Positions 1-9,359 of a stretch of 64,000 bases of DNA are shown piece after piece (position 1 is the stretch's first letter; every line of letters begins with the position of its first letter). A program made the position numbers and the translations under genes. The notes beneath the pieces were generated by a model that saw nothing but the letters and a program-made list of their open reading frames with translations, had not been told where the DNA came from and did no database searches. Source of the stretch: a virus (taxonomy: Duplodnaviria; Caudoviricetes); the IMG/VR virus record IMGVR_UViG_3300005805_000082, positions 4,826 to 68,825 of that record. One strand, 5' to 3'.

Positions 1-1
1 G

Positions 2-199
2 GAGGTTACCCTCAAGGGCGGAGAGGCTAAGCATCGTGGTAAGTGGGGAACCAAGGGAGGAAAGACTGAAGGTCAGGTGAAGAGCTACTTCGCTAGGCAT
101 GCAGGAAACAAAAGCCCCAAGGCTTACATAAATGACAAGAACTGGAGTAGCGGTTCGCAGATTGGAAAAACGGTTAACATACCTAACAATAGGTTCTAA
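2..199 (+). CDS. 5'-truncated small basic phage protein
   Basis: Open frame from position 2 (EVTLKGGEAK...SYFARHAG...NNRF); TAA at 197-199 overlaps the next ATG. Confidence 0.6.
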   Translation, partial: EVTLKGGEAKHRGKWGTKGGKTEGQVKSYFARHAGNKSPKAYINDKNWSSGSQIGKTVNIPNNRF

Positions 200-891
200 T
201 GGATATCAATGACGTACATCGGGTAATACTATTTGTTCTTGACAAGGAACAGAATGGTTATGTGTCTCACGAAGAGATTGATGACCAGCTTGACAGGGCT
301 CAGATGGTATTGTTCAATCAGTACTTCAACAACCCTAAACTGCCAGCTGCTGCACAGCCACAAGTATATTCAGAGAACCAAAGGATTCACGATAGTCTAG
401 CTCCATTCAAGGAGAAGTATACGTTCCTGACCACTGATACTCCATCTGGCGTACTCACCCTTCCTGCAGGATTCATGCATCTGTTGGGTCTGTACACGTC
501 TGTATACAATGCGACCTTATCCAGGAATGTATACTCAGGAGTTCAGGTACTGAACGAGGAGGAGCTGATTGAGCGCCTAGAGTCACAGGTAATCCCTGTG
601 AGTGTGGACGATCCGATCTGCATCATGAACAAGCAGAACAAGATTCAGCTGTTCCCTGAGACTGCACAGTCAGGTGCTGTGTATTATCTGAGAAAGCCTG
701 TGAAGCCTGTGTTTGGTTACACCTCCTCCGGCAGGGCAATTACTTACAGCTCGGGGGCATCTACTCAGCTAGAGTGGAAGGAGTCCGACATACAGAATAT
801 CATCGTGATCGCCTTATCATATTTGGGAATCAACCTTTCTAGTGCTGAAGTGATTCAGTACGCTGAAGGTAAAATAGCACAAGGACAGTAA
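199..891 (+). CDS. Putative tail ring/adaptor protein (crAss-like short tail)
   Basis: First of three coupled 200-250 aa ORFs upstream of the large muzzle-like gene; call is by position. Confidence 0.55.
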   Translation: MDINDVHRVILFVLDKEQNGYVSHEEIDDQLDRAQMVLFNQYFNNPKLPAAAQPQVYSENQRIHDSLAPFKEKYTFLTTDTPSGVLTLPAGFMHLLGLYTSVYNATLSRNVYSGVQVLNEEELIERLESQVIPVSVDDPICIMNKQNKIQLFPETAQSGAVYYLRKPVKPVFGYTSSGRAITYSSGASTQLEWKESDIQNIIVIALSYLGINLSSAEVIQYAEGKIAQGQ

Positions 892-1514
892 TGGCAACTA
901 CTAAATATAAAATTGCGGAACAGATACAGAGGCTGCTCAAGGGTGAGCCTACTATCTCTTCACGTCTGCACAGGAATGACATTATGTTGCTGATTGAACA
1001 GGTTGCCAATCAATTATTGAAGGCGGACTACTTCTCTGTCAATGTTCCTGAAGGAGATACCCTGCCATCTAACTGCATGGTATTTACCTACGACAATGTT
1101 CCTGTTACAACATATAAGACTACTAAGAGCAAGGCTACGCTTCCTGCTATACCAATCAGTTTGCCAAGGAATATGGGCGTACTCCATGTTTCTAAGACTG
1201 ATGCTATCGATGAACCTTTTGTTCCGATCCCTACGTCTATGTATGGGATTGTTAAACCGCAAGATCTTCTAGGAGATCTGTCGGGTTTGATCGGGTATGA
1301 GGTCGTGGGTAAAGATTTGATATTTACTGCAAACCTCCCAGGACTTAGTATCAACAGTGTGTACATCAGACTGGTTGGCGTTGACTTGTCTCAGCTGACT
1401 GATTATGACTTACTTCCTTTGTCGGCAGATATGGAGGCCCAGGTGGTGCAGCAAGTGTACGCCATCTTGGTGCAGACTCCTCCTGCTGACAGAGATCAAA
1501 ATATGAATGACTAA
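891..1514 (+). CDS. Putative tail ring/tubular protein
   Basis: Overlapping stop/start, size and position in tail module. Confidence 0.5.
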   Translation: MATTKYKIAEQIQRLLKGEPTISSRLHRNDIMLLIEQVANQLLKADYFSVNVPEGDTLPSNCMVFTYDNVPVTTYKTTKSKATLPAIPISLPRNMGVLHVSKTDAIDEPFVPIPTSMYGIVKPQDLLGDLSGLIGYEVVGKDLIFTANLPGLSINSVYIRLVGVDLSQLTDYDLLPLSADMEAQVVQQVYAILVQTPPADRDQNMND

Positions 1515-2272
1515 TGAAGCTCTATACTCTTGATAAGCTAGTAAGGGGTGCTCTCGCTTCGAGGGGCTATACCATGCATTGGTATCTTCAATTCCTTCAT
1601 TATGGCGTACAGGCGCTTCGTGAACTGAACTTTGATGTTCTGCAGAATGTCAAGAGTGTAAGACTGCCTGTCAATAGCTACGGGGCGGTAACACTGCCAT
1701 GTGACTTTGTTGACTACATCAGGGTGGGCAATGAGCTTGGACAATACATTCTGCCATGGGGTGAGCGTGATGATCTGAACAGGCTGAACAAATTTGATTC
1801 ACAAGGTAACAAGATTCCCTATGGAGACATCGAAGCTACTAACGGCCTACTTCCCAATAACTGGGAAGGTTTCTGGTATACTAATTATATCAACGACAAG
1901 GGAGAGCATCTTGGCAGAATCTTCAACAATAAACCTTCTTTTAGAAACTCTTTTGAAATCCTCAGAGAGCGTGGCGAAATGCAACTAGATACTAGTTACA
2001 CAGGAACTGAGATAGTTCTTGACTACATCACTGATGGCATATCTACTAGTGCAAGCAATGCGGTACATCCGTATGCTGCTGCAACTGTGGAGGCTTTTAT
2101 CATATATAAAATGAAAGAACACGGAAGGCAGTACGGACCAGGTGAAAGGCAAATGGCTCGGGAGGAATATTATAACCAGCTGAGAGTTCTTAGGGGTAGG
2201 ATGAATAGCATAGATGTTCAGGACATCCAAAGAAGCTTGGCTAGGAATTACGGACCTACTATCAGGAACTAA
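1514..2272 (+). CDS. Putative tail ring/tubular protein
   Basis: Overlapping stop/start, size and position in tail module. Confidence 0.5.
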   Translation: MKLYTLDKLVRGALASRGYTMHWYLQFLHYGVQALRELNFDVLQNVKSVRLPVNSYGAVTLPCDFVDYIRVGNELGQYILPWGERDDLNRLNKFDSQGNKIPYGDIEATNGLLPNNWEGFWYTNYINDKGEHLGRIFNNKPSFRNSFEILRERGEMQLDTSYTGTEIVLDYITDGISTSASNAVHPYAAATVEAFIIYKMKEHGRQYGPGERQMAREEYYNQLRVLRGRMNSIDVQDIQRSLARNYGPTIRN

Positions 2273-5200
2273 TGATTAGTAAAAAACTATTTACTGGCGG
2301 TATCAACTCTGACGATGCTGATATACTCGTTGACTCCAAGGAGTATCTGAATGCGTTGAATATCCGCTTTGCCACAACTGAAAGTGGTAAGGTAGGTCAG
2401 CTCTCTAATGTAGAGGGAAACACACTTAAGGCTACAACCCTAAATGGCTCGGGGGTTCAGGTTGCCTGGACATTGCCAGCAGGAACCAATACTACTATTG
2501 GCGCTATAGAGGATACACCCAACAAAAGAATCTTTTTCTTCAATAAGAACTCAAACGCAAGCGATGGCATCTATTGCTATGATGCGGACACTAATCTTGT
2601 GTATACCGTATTGCTAGCATCACAGGTTGAGGGTGGCCTTTCATTCAGCAGCAACATACACTCTGTTGCAATCATTGATAACTTATTGTACTGGACTGAT
2701 GGCATCAAGCCACAGCGCAGGATCAATGTAGAGGCTGGCATCAAGATGAACCATCCTTCCTACGCAACAGTAGTACCGCCATACGTTAGTACTGTACTTG
2801 CTCCCATTAAACAGTCTGTGATCAGTCTGATCAGGAATCAGCCATGGGCTCCGCCAACTATTCAGAAGTCAACCGATGCAACCTACCTGAATAACTTCAT
2901 CAAGAATGAGGCGTTTCAGTTTGCATATCGTTTTGTGTACAGGGACTATGAGATCAGTACGTTCTCGCCTCTGTCCGATCTTGCCAACTACAATACATCT
3001 ACAGATGGTTTCAACAGGATCCAAGTAACCATACCTACTACTCAAAAGATAGAGCAGGATGTTATTAGGATTGAGGTGGCGGTAAGGTTTGCGGTCGGGG
3101 GAAAGTATTCTGTCGTCAAGTCATTCTCAGATACCACAGCATTCTCATCCCACAATACGGGTACTGCATTAAACTTTTATTTTTATAATGACGCTGTAGG
3201 TATAGCTGTGGATGATGCAACAGCATTCAAGCAGTATGATTCAATACCGTTAAAATCTCAGACCCTTGAGATTGCCAAGAACAGATTGTTCCTTGGTAAT
3301 AACTATGATGGATACGAGACACCAAAGTCTACCTCTCTTTCTGTAGGTACTGCTAATGGTGGTGGTGCAACACTAACTGGTACATGGTGTAGTTTGGTAT
3401 ATGGAACTGCAGGAAGCCAGGCTACATTGTATCTTCTTGATGTTACGGGTATTGATCCTAACGCTGGATATTACGAGCCAAGCTCACCCCCGAACCCTAG
3501 TGCATTCCCAACAACTGTTGCCTGGAATACGCTGTCGTTTAGAGGCGCAGGCATCTCTAACGTATTATCATATTTGGGTATAACATATCAGGACATTATC
3601 AGCTTTACTGCTGGTCTTGGGTATGCTGATGTTACAGGATACTCTGGTGTTATCACAAGCATTGTAAACAAGAGGGCATTTAAGAGCGACTCTTCATACA
3701 GGCTTGGCGTAGTGTTCTTTGACGAGGCAGGCAGGAAGTGTGGTGTATCAACAAGGGAAGACCTGAAGGTAGTAACTGCTGACAGGGCTTATGCTACAGT
3801 TCAGTATACAACAGATGTTACCTGGGCATTGAGCAATAGCCCATCGACAGTGTTAAGTGAGATACCTGTTTGGGCTAAGTATTACTCAGTAGTAATGACC
3901 AAGTGTCTCAGGACATCGTTCTTCATGCAGCTCAAGGCGGATGGTATTAAGTGGGTTACTAAGAAAGATGACGGTACATATCAGGTAGAGAACTCATACA
4001 GTCAGAGTCACTACGGATTAGCGATAGACGTCAAGTCATTGTATGGTATCGGATATGGTTATTCATATCAAGAAGGAGATCTTGTGAAGCTTTATGGATC
4101 TAGCACACAAAAGACTACATTGTCTATAAGAGATACGTTTGGATCTTACATTGTGTGCGACAACTTCCATGCTACTGATGCCAACTTTCTATACGAAATT
4201 TATTCTCCATATACACAGAGTTTGAATGAGCCGTACTACGAAAGGTATCAGACTTATGTAGTAAATAATGCAGGCACAGATAACAGGGCATACTCTACAA
4301 TAACTGGATCGTTCCAGGGTGACATCACTATCATATCTCGTGGTACTTCTCCAACAGATTATCTAGTAGAGGCAATGTCTCCTGCAGATATCAACTGGAA
4401 GAACTGGAACACTGATGCTGGTAGGGCAAGTATTGTGCTAGACATCAAGCCTGCAGACAAGAAGACTAGCGTATACTTTAGTAACGTAATAGTCTTGGGT
4501 TCTCAGACCAATGGGTTAAGCACATTTGATGTACTTGATCAGACGCAGTTGCCTTATGAGCTATCTTCTATTCAGAAGCTGCAGCTTGTCAGCAAGGTGG
4601 AGTCTGAAGGTACAGTCATGCTAGCCATAGGTGAGCAGGAGACAGCATCTTTATACCTAGGCGAATCTCAGGTGTTTGACAATACAGGATCTTCCTTCCT
4701 TGCCAAGAGCTCGGGGGTAGTCGGTAATGTCAATGTTATGCGTGGTTCTTATGGCACTATCAATCCAGAGAGTGTTGTCAGATACATGGGAAATGTTTAT
4801 TGGTTTGACGCCAACAAAGGATCCGTAGTAAGCTACAGCGTAAACGGTCTGTTCCCGATCTCGGCTAACAAGATGCAGAAGTATTTCAGGAAGGTAGGAC
4901 AGGATGTGCTGAACAGGGGGCTGAAGTTCTATGGTGGTGTTGATCCTTACCATAATGAGATCCTCATGTATGCACCAAGAAAGTCTGCCATCCCTGAGGG
5001 GGCTAGACTGACTGACATGATCCTTGGTTCTAACACCTATAACTTTACAACGGTTGCAGCCGACTCAACTATCGTTGTTGTTGGCTTGGCAACCTATTCA
5101 TACAATGGCGCTCAGGTTGGTCCTAATCAGTCAACTGTTACAGGATCTACAGGTGCGGTTACATACTCATACTCCGGCACAGGGGCTACAGTCTACGGAC

Positions 5201-5880
5201 CTACCTCTGTAAGGCCTAGCCAGGTGGGCACATATCAGGTGGTTGCTTCTGTGGCCTCTGATGGTATTTATAATGCTGCAACTTCTGCACCATTTGCCTT
5301 CACCATTGCTACTGAGTTTGTGTTTGAGGCGGACTACATGTTGTTGACTTATCAGTTTACAGATGGTCTTGACCTTGATACTAGGACTAGGATAGTTACA
5401 CCTGACGTTGGACAGGATACACAGCCTGAATACGTGGGATGGGGTGTAGCAGGTTTCTGGCCGTCTATAGGTACGCCAATCTTAGATTGGGGTGGCGACA
5501 ATACAGGTACAGGTTTCGAGTCTGTACTAATCAACATTGCACAGCTTAAGGCATCCTATCCTGCAGCAACATCTTTGGTTGTTGACCTGAGGGCATTCTG
5601 GTATAACACTTTGGGTGTTCAGCCTGTGAATGTGGCAGCAACCCTTTGGAAGGGTGGAACGCCAATTGAGCAGGGACCAGGTGGAAGCCCTGCATACAGC
5701 TACACAAACCCCACTGCAACAGCAACCTTTAACATCAGTTCTGTAGGTAAGCAGATCTCCCTAGCACCAACAACCAATAAGGCTCAAAGCTCGGGTGAGA
5801 GGGTGGCCACACTGACATACAACCTGACTACTAATACAGGATCATTTAACTCTAACGACACCACAACTCCAAGCGTATGA
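2272..5880 (+). CDS. Tail muzzle/stabilisation protein, N-terminal part with Ig-like C-terminal addition
   Basis: N-terminus (GGINSDDADILV..EYLNALNIR..G.VG.LSNVEGN) and YWFDANKGSVV..GL.PIS..KM..YF segment typical of podovirus stabilisation proteins. Confidence 0.65.
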   Translation: MISKKLFTGGINSDDADILVDSKEYLNALNIRFATTESGKVGQLSNVEGNTLKATTLNGSGVQVAWTLPAGTNTTIGAIEDTPNKRIFFFNKNSNASDGIYCYDADTNLVYTVLLASQVEGGLSFSSNIHSVAIIDNLLYWTDGIKPQRRINVEAGIKMNHPSYATVVPPYVSTVLAPIKQSVISLIRNQPWAPPTIQKSTDATYLNNFIKNEAFQFAYRFVYRDYEISTFSPLSDLANYNTSTDGFNRIQVTIPTTQKIEQDVIRIEVAVRFAVGGKYSVVKSFSDTTAFSSHNTGTALNFYFYNDAVGIAVDDATAFKQYDSIPLKSQTLEIAKNRLFLGNNYDGYETPKSTSLSVGTANGGGATLTGTWCSLVYGTAGSQATLYLLDVTGIDPNAGYYEPSSPPNPSAFPTTVAWNTLSFRGAGISNVLSYLGITYQDIISFTAGLGYADVTGYSGVITSIVNKRAFKSDSSYRLGVVFFDEAGRKCGVSTREDLKVVTADRAYATVQYTTDVTWALSNSPSTVLSEIPVWAKYYSVVMTKCLRTSFFMQLKADGIKWVTKKDDGTYQVENSYSQSHYGLAIDVKSLYGIGYGYSYQEGDLVKLYGSSTQKTTLSIRDTFGSYIVCDNFHATDANFLYEIYSPYTQSLNEPYYERYQTYVVNNAGTDNRAYSTITGSFQGDITIISRGTSPTDYLVEAMSPADINWKNWNTDAGRASIVLDIKPADKKTSVYFSNVIVLGSQTNGLSTFDVLDQTQLPYELSSIQKLQLVSKVESEGTVMLAIGEQETASLYLGESQVFDNTGSSFLAKSSGVVGNVNVMRGSYGTINPESVVRYMGNVYWFDANKGSVVSYSVNGLFPISANKMQKYFRKVGQDVLNRGLKFYGGVDPYHNEILMYAPRKSAIPEGARLTDMILGSNTYNFTTVAADSTIVVVGLATYSYNGAQVGPNQSTVTGSTGAVTYSYSGTGATVYGPTSVRPSQVGTYQVVASVASDGIYNAATSAPFAFTIATEFVFEADYMLLTYQFTDGLDLDTRTRIVTPDVGQDTQPEYVGWGVAGFWPSIGTPILDWGGDNTGTGFESVLINIAQLKASYPAATSLVVDLRAFWYNTLGVQPVNVAATLWKGGTPIEQGPGGSPAYSYTNPTATATFNISSVGKQISLAPTTNKAQSSGERVATLTYNLTTNTGSFNSNDTTTPSV

Positions 5881-6062
5881 TAACAGAGAAGCAGGCTATG
5901 GGTTTGATATACTACAACCTTGGTAAGGTAGTAGTAGCCGAGAGGGATGGCAGTAGAAATATTTTCAGCTCGGGGGAGAGATTCATGGTAGCCATACTTA
6001 ATGGAGACGACAGTTCAGTGAGCCCTGTATTCCAAACCCTAGAAGAAGCACAAGCATGGTAG
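5877..6062 (+). CDS. Small hypothetical protein inside the muzzle locus
   Basis: 61-aa ORF coupled at both ends. Confidence 0.55.
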   Translation: MITEKQAMGLIYYNLGKVVVAERDGSRNIFSSGERFMVAILNGDDSSVSPVFQTLEEAQAW

Positions 6063-6817
6063 CAACAGTAAACATATCAGTCATTGAAGGCAGGGAGTAC
6101 CTGGTGACCGCCCCGTCAGGAGTAACGGTTCGTTACAATGGTGAGATCGTGACTAGTACTTTCATTGCAGTGTCTAGTGTCAACCAGGTATTACTGATCT
6201 CTCAGAATACTCTGTCTGGGCAGGTGACCATTACCGAAGTGGTTCGGGGGTACTACGATGCATATGACGGACAGGGGGGCGTATGGGCGTTTCAGCCAGG
6301 TGTAGATAAGTGGACAAGTCAGTACAGCTTCAGGCCTGAGTGGATGACCCTAGTAGGTAATAGGTTAGTAACCTTTCGTGACGGCAAGCCATACATCCAT
6401 GACAGTACCACACGCAATACATTCTATGGACAGACCTACGATTCAGTAGTGGCGTTCAATCACAATGAGGCAGGAAACATAACCAAGTCCTACCTGACAG
6501 TTTCTGTTGAGGGTTCTAAGCCAGACCTGGTTCATACAAGGACTGAGGTGCCGAATGTGCAGAGCAGTGATATAAGGCTTAATGAATTTGAAGTAAAGGA
6601 GGGCGTTAATTATGCGCCACTGTGGAGAGACAGACTTAGCCCTAATGTATCAGGAGATGCAGAGCAAAAGCTTAGGAAGGGGGACAGGATCCGTGGAGAG
6701 ATAGGTAAGTTCCAGGTGAACTATTCACTGCCTACTAATCCTAAGGATTTAAAACTTTTCAACATTGGATTCAATATAAGCAGGGGGCACAATACCATCC
6801 CTGAAAATGAAGGATAA
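6056..6817 (+). CDS. Tail muzzle/stabilisation protein, C-terminal part
   Basis: WAF...KWTSQYSF.PEW...RNTFYG..Y.S.V.F segment typical of the C-terminus of such proteins. Confidence 0.55.
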   Translation: MVATVNISVIEGREYLVTAPSGVTVRYNGEIVTSTFIAVSSVNQVLLISQNTLSGQVTITEVVRGYYDAYDGQGGVWAFQPGVDKWTSQYSFRPEWMTLVGNRLVTFRDGKPYIHDSTTRNTFYGQTYDSVVAFNHNEAGNITKSYLTVSVEGSKPDLVHTRTEVPNVQSSDIRLNEFEVKEGVNYAPLWRDRLSPNVSGDAEQKLRKGDRIRGEIGKFQVNYSLPTNPKDLKLFNIGFNISRGHNTIPENEG

Positions 6818-6833
6818 CTCACTAATTTAGAGA

Positions 6834-6841
6834 TAACTTTG
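6834..6841 (+). promoter_or_regulatory. Bacteroidota-type -7 promoter element (TAACTTTG)
   Basis: Exact TAnnTTTG 14 nt upstream of the ATG at 6855. Confidence 0.6.
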
Positions 6842-6854
6842 TAAATACTTTATT

Positions 6855-7517
6855 ATGGCAGGAGGATTAGCAAAATTGGCAAGTAAAGCAATTGGCTTAG
6901 CCCCAGGGGCAGGAGCCCTTATGTCTTTAGCCGGAGGCATATTCAACCTTGTCCAGGGTCGGAAGATGATGAAGGAGGCTAAGGGAATTAAACCTGACTA
7001 CTTTGGATTCAATGATAGTAGGCTCAACGGAATGGAGAGTCAATATGCCAAGGATATGCTTGGTCGTGCACAGACTCAGCTCAACGCAAGGATGACTGGT
7101 GCTGCAGCTCGGGAGAGACAAATACAGGCAGGCCTTGCAGGCACTCAAGCAAATATTGCTAGAGGAGCAGTAGATCCAACCATGGCCATGCAGGCTATGC
7201 TAGCATCCCAAGCACAGGCATCTGACCAAACCAATCAGCTGTTTGGCTTAGAGAATCAGATGCAACAGCAGAGAGACGCAAACCTCATGAATGCTCAGGG
7301 TGTGATGATCTCTGAAAGAGACAAGGCACTGCAGGAAAAGAACATGAAGTATCAGATGGATATGTCTCAGAAGAATGCTCTAGCAAATGCAGGACGCCAA
7401 TCTATATCTGGGGGATTAAGCTCTATGGCGGGTACTCTTATTGGCTTGGGCCAGCAGAAGCAACAAAAAGATTACAACAACCAATATCTGTCCATGATGC
7501 AGAAGATGTACGGATAA
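6855..7517 (+). CDS. Putative ejection (pilot/cargo) protein
   Basis: G/A-rich hydrophobic N- and C-termini, Q/M/A-rich coiled coil, position after tail genes. Confidence 0.55.
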   Translation: MAGGLAKLASKAIGLAPGAGALMSLAGGIFNLVQGRKMMKEAKGIKPDYFGFNDSRLNGMESQYAKDMLGRAQTQLNARMTGAAARERQIQAGLAGTQANIARGAVDPTMAMQAMLASQAQASDQTNQLFGLENQMQQQRDANLMNAQGVMISERDKALQEKNMKYQMDMSQKNALANAGRQSISGGLSSMAGTLIGLGQQKQQKDYNNQYLSMMQKMYG

Positions 7518-7544
7518 TCCCTACTTCTGGTAAACCTATATAAG

Positions 7545-9356
7545 ATGTTTGAATTACCTAGGCCTATACAGACACAAGATAATACGGGAGCCCTTCTTAT
7601 GAAGGCTGCTGAAGAGGCTCGTCTGCAACAACAGCAATTGTCACAGCTTGTTCAGAAGAATGAGCAGATAAGGCAGGAAGCGTTCGGGGGTGCTCAGAAA
7701 CAATTGTTTGATATATCTAGTGCACAGAATGTTCCAGCAGAGGTACAGCGCCAAATCCTATCACAGGGTATGGATAAGCTTACTAAGCTATACAAAGATA
7801 GGCAGAACGTAAGAAGCGGGGACATTGCTATGCTTGCCATGGATACTCTCGTCAAGGCAAAGAATGACGCTACAGCATATCAGCAATATCTTGGTAATAG
7901 TGAAAAGTTTATAGCGGATCTGAAAGAAAAAGGGTTTGATGAATTTAATCTCAAGACAGCAATATCCAACAGCATATTTGATGAGAAGGTAGTACAGACC
8001 CCCAATGGTCAGCAGCAGATGGTTCGTGTGCCTAAGGACCCAACAAAGCTTGGGGATCCTCTTCAGTTTTTAGCGAAAGAGGTGGATGGTAACCCACAGA
8101 AGTATTTGAACCGTGAGAAAAGTAGCCAGGCATTGACAAAGCTTGTTGGTGACTATAAGCCAGGAGAGCTGACATTCTCTGACACAAAAGACCTGACAGG
8201 CAAGAAGACTGTTAAGGTTTCATATACCGAGAAGTCTTACCCATGGACTAGAACTCAGGAGCAAAATCAAAATGGCATTCCTGTTAAGATAAACGTACTT
8301 GACACAGAGCCGGAAGATATAGGCGGACAACAAGTTCAGATATTGTCTAAGAAGGCGTATGACTACTTCGCCAATAATCCAAACCCAACTATCGTCAAAG
8401 AAGTTGACGCAATGGGTAGGGATTATATTGATGATCACAACAGAAACCTAGGTATTAATCCACAGCAGATAACGGCTGATAATTTTGATAAGGTTGCTGC
8501 TCAGTTTCCTGGCGCCATCAATCCTTTCGACAATGGCAACAGGATGATCTTCAGCAGGCTTGCTTTGACAAAAACATTGCAACCAACATTTGGTAGGTTC
8601 GGGAACCCTAGTGTTACTATTGATGCTGCTAAGCCTAATGTGACGAATGTATACAACAATGATCTATACACACGAACTGGCAATCTGAGGCCCGAGGCTA
8701 GATTCCCTACATCATGGGCACAGATAGTTAATCAGGATGCTGACGTAATGAGGGTGTCTGATGAGGTGTCTTTCCAATTTGATGGTAAGACTCTTTCTGG
8801 GAAGAAGACTGGTGACAGAGCCCAGGGTCAAATCATAAAAGACAATGGTAAGAGAGCAACGGTGTTGTCTAGACCCGAGGAGCCTGGTGTTATCTACGTA
8901 GCAGAGCTTGAGGATGGAGAGATTACTGATAATGTAATAAAGCTTTCTGGTAAAGAGGCCGTTGACTATGGCGCCAAGATATCAAGTGCAAACGGGTCTG
9001 ACATTAAGACATTTGGCAAGCTGTATCCAAACGCAACAAAGACTGTTGTCCCTATGAGTGATGCAGATAAAGCTACTGTTGCAGATAACCTTTCGCTTCA
9101 GAGTGAGAGGGAAGAGGGTAAGGCTCTTGTTGGTGCTGCATCTCAGATTAGAGCATTGAAAGACGGTGAGACCAAGAATGTTAATAATGCTCGAGTGAGT
9201 TTGAATGGTAAGGAAGTTGTGATAAAATCAATCACTAGAAAGAATACAGGTTGGTTTACTGACAGTCCTGTTGAAGTAACATTAAAGGATGGCAGTAAGG
9301 TAACGTTTGCTAACAAAGAGGAGTTCATAAAAACCTTAATCGACTCAAACAAGTAA
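7545..9356 (+). CDS. Putative internal virion/ejection protein
   Basis: Q-rich N-terminus; between pilot-like gene and giant polyvalent protein. Confidence 0.5.
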   Translation: MFELPRPIQTQDNTGALLMKAAEEARLQQQQLSQLVQKNEQIRQEAFGGAQKQLFDISSAQNVPAEVQRQILSQGMDKLTKLYKDRQNVRSGDIAMLAMDTLVKAKNDATAYQQYLGNSEKFIADLKEKGFDEFNLKTAISNSIFDEKVVQTPNGQQQMVRVPKDPTKLGDPLQFLAKEVDGNPQKYLNREKSSQALTKLVGDYKPGELTFSDTKDLTGKKTVKVSYTEKSYPWTRTQEQNQNGIPVKINVLDTEPEDIGGQQVQILSKKAYDYFANNPNPTIVKEVDAMGRDYIDDHNRNLGINPQQITADNFDKVAAQFPGAINPFDNGNRMIFSRLALTKTLQPTFGRFGNPSVTIDAAKPNVTNVYNNDLYTRTGNLRPEARFPTSWAQIVNQDADVMRVSDEVSFQFDGKTLSGKKTGDRAQGQIIKDNGKRATVLSRPEEPGVIYVAELEDGEITDNVIKLSGKEAVDYGAKISSANGSDIKTFGKLYPNATKTVVPMSDADKATVADNLSLQSEREEGKALVGAASQIRALKDGETKNVNNARVSLNGKEVVIKSITRKNTGWFTDSPVEVTLKDGSKVTFANKEEFIKTLIDSNK

Positions 9357-9359
9357 TTC

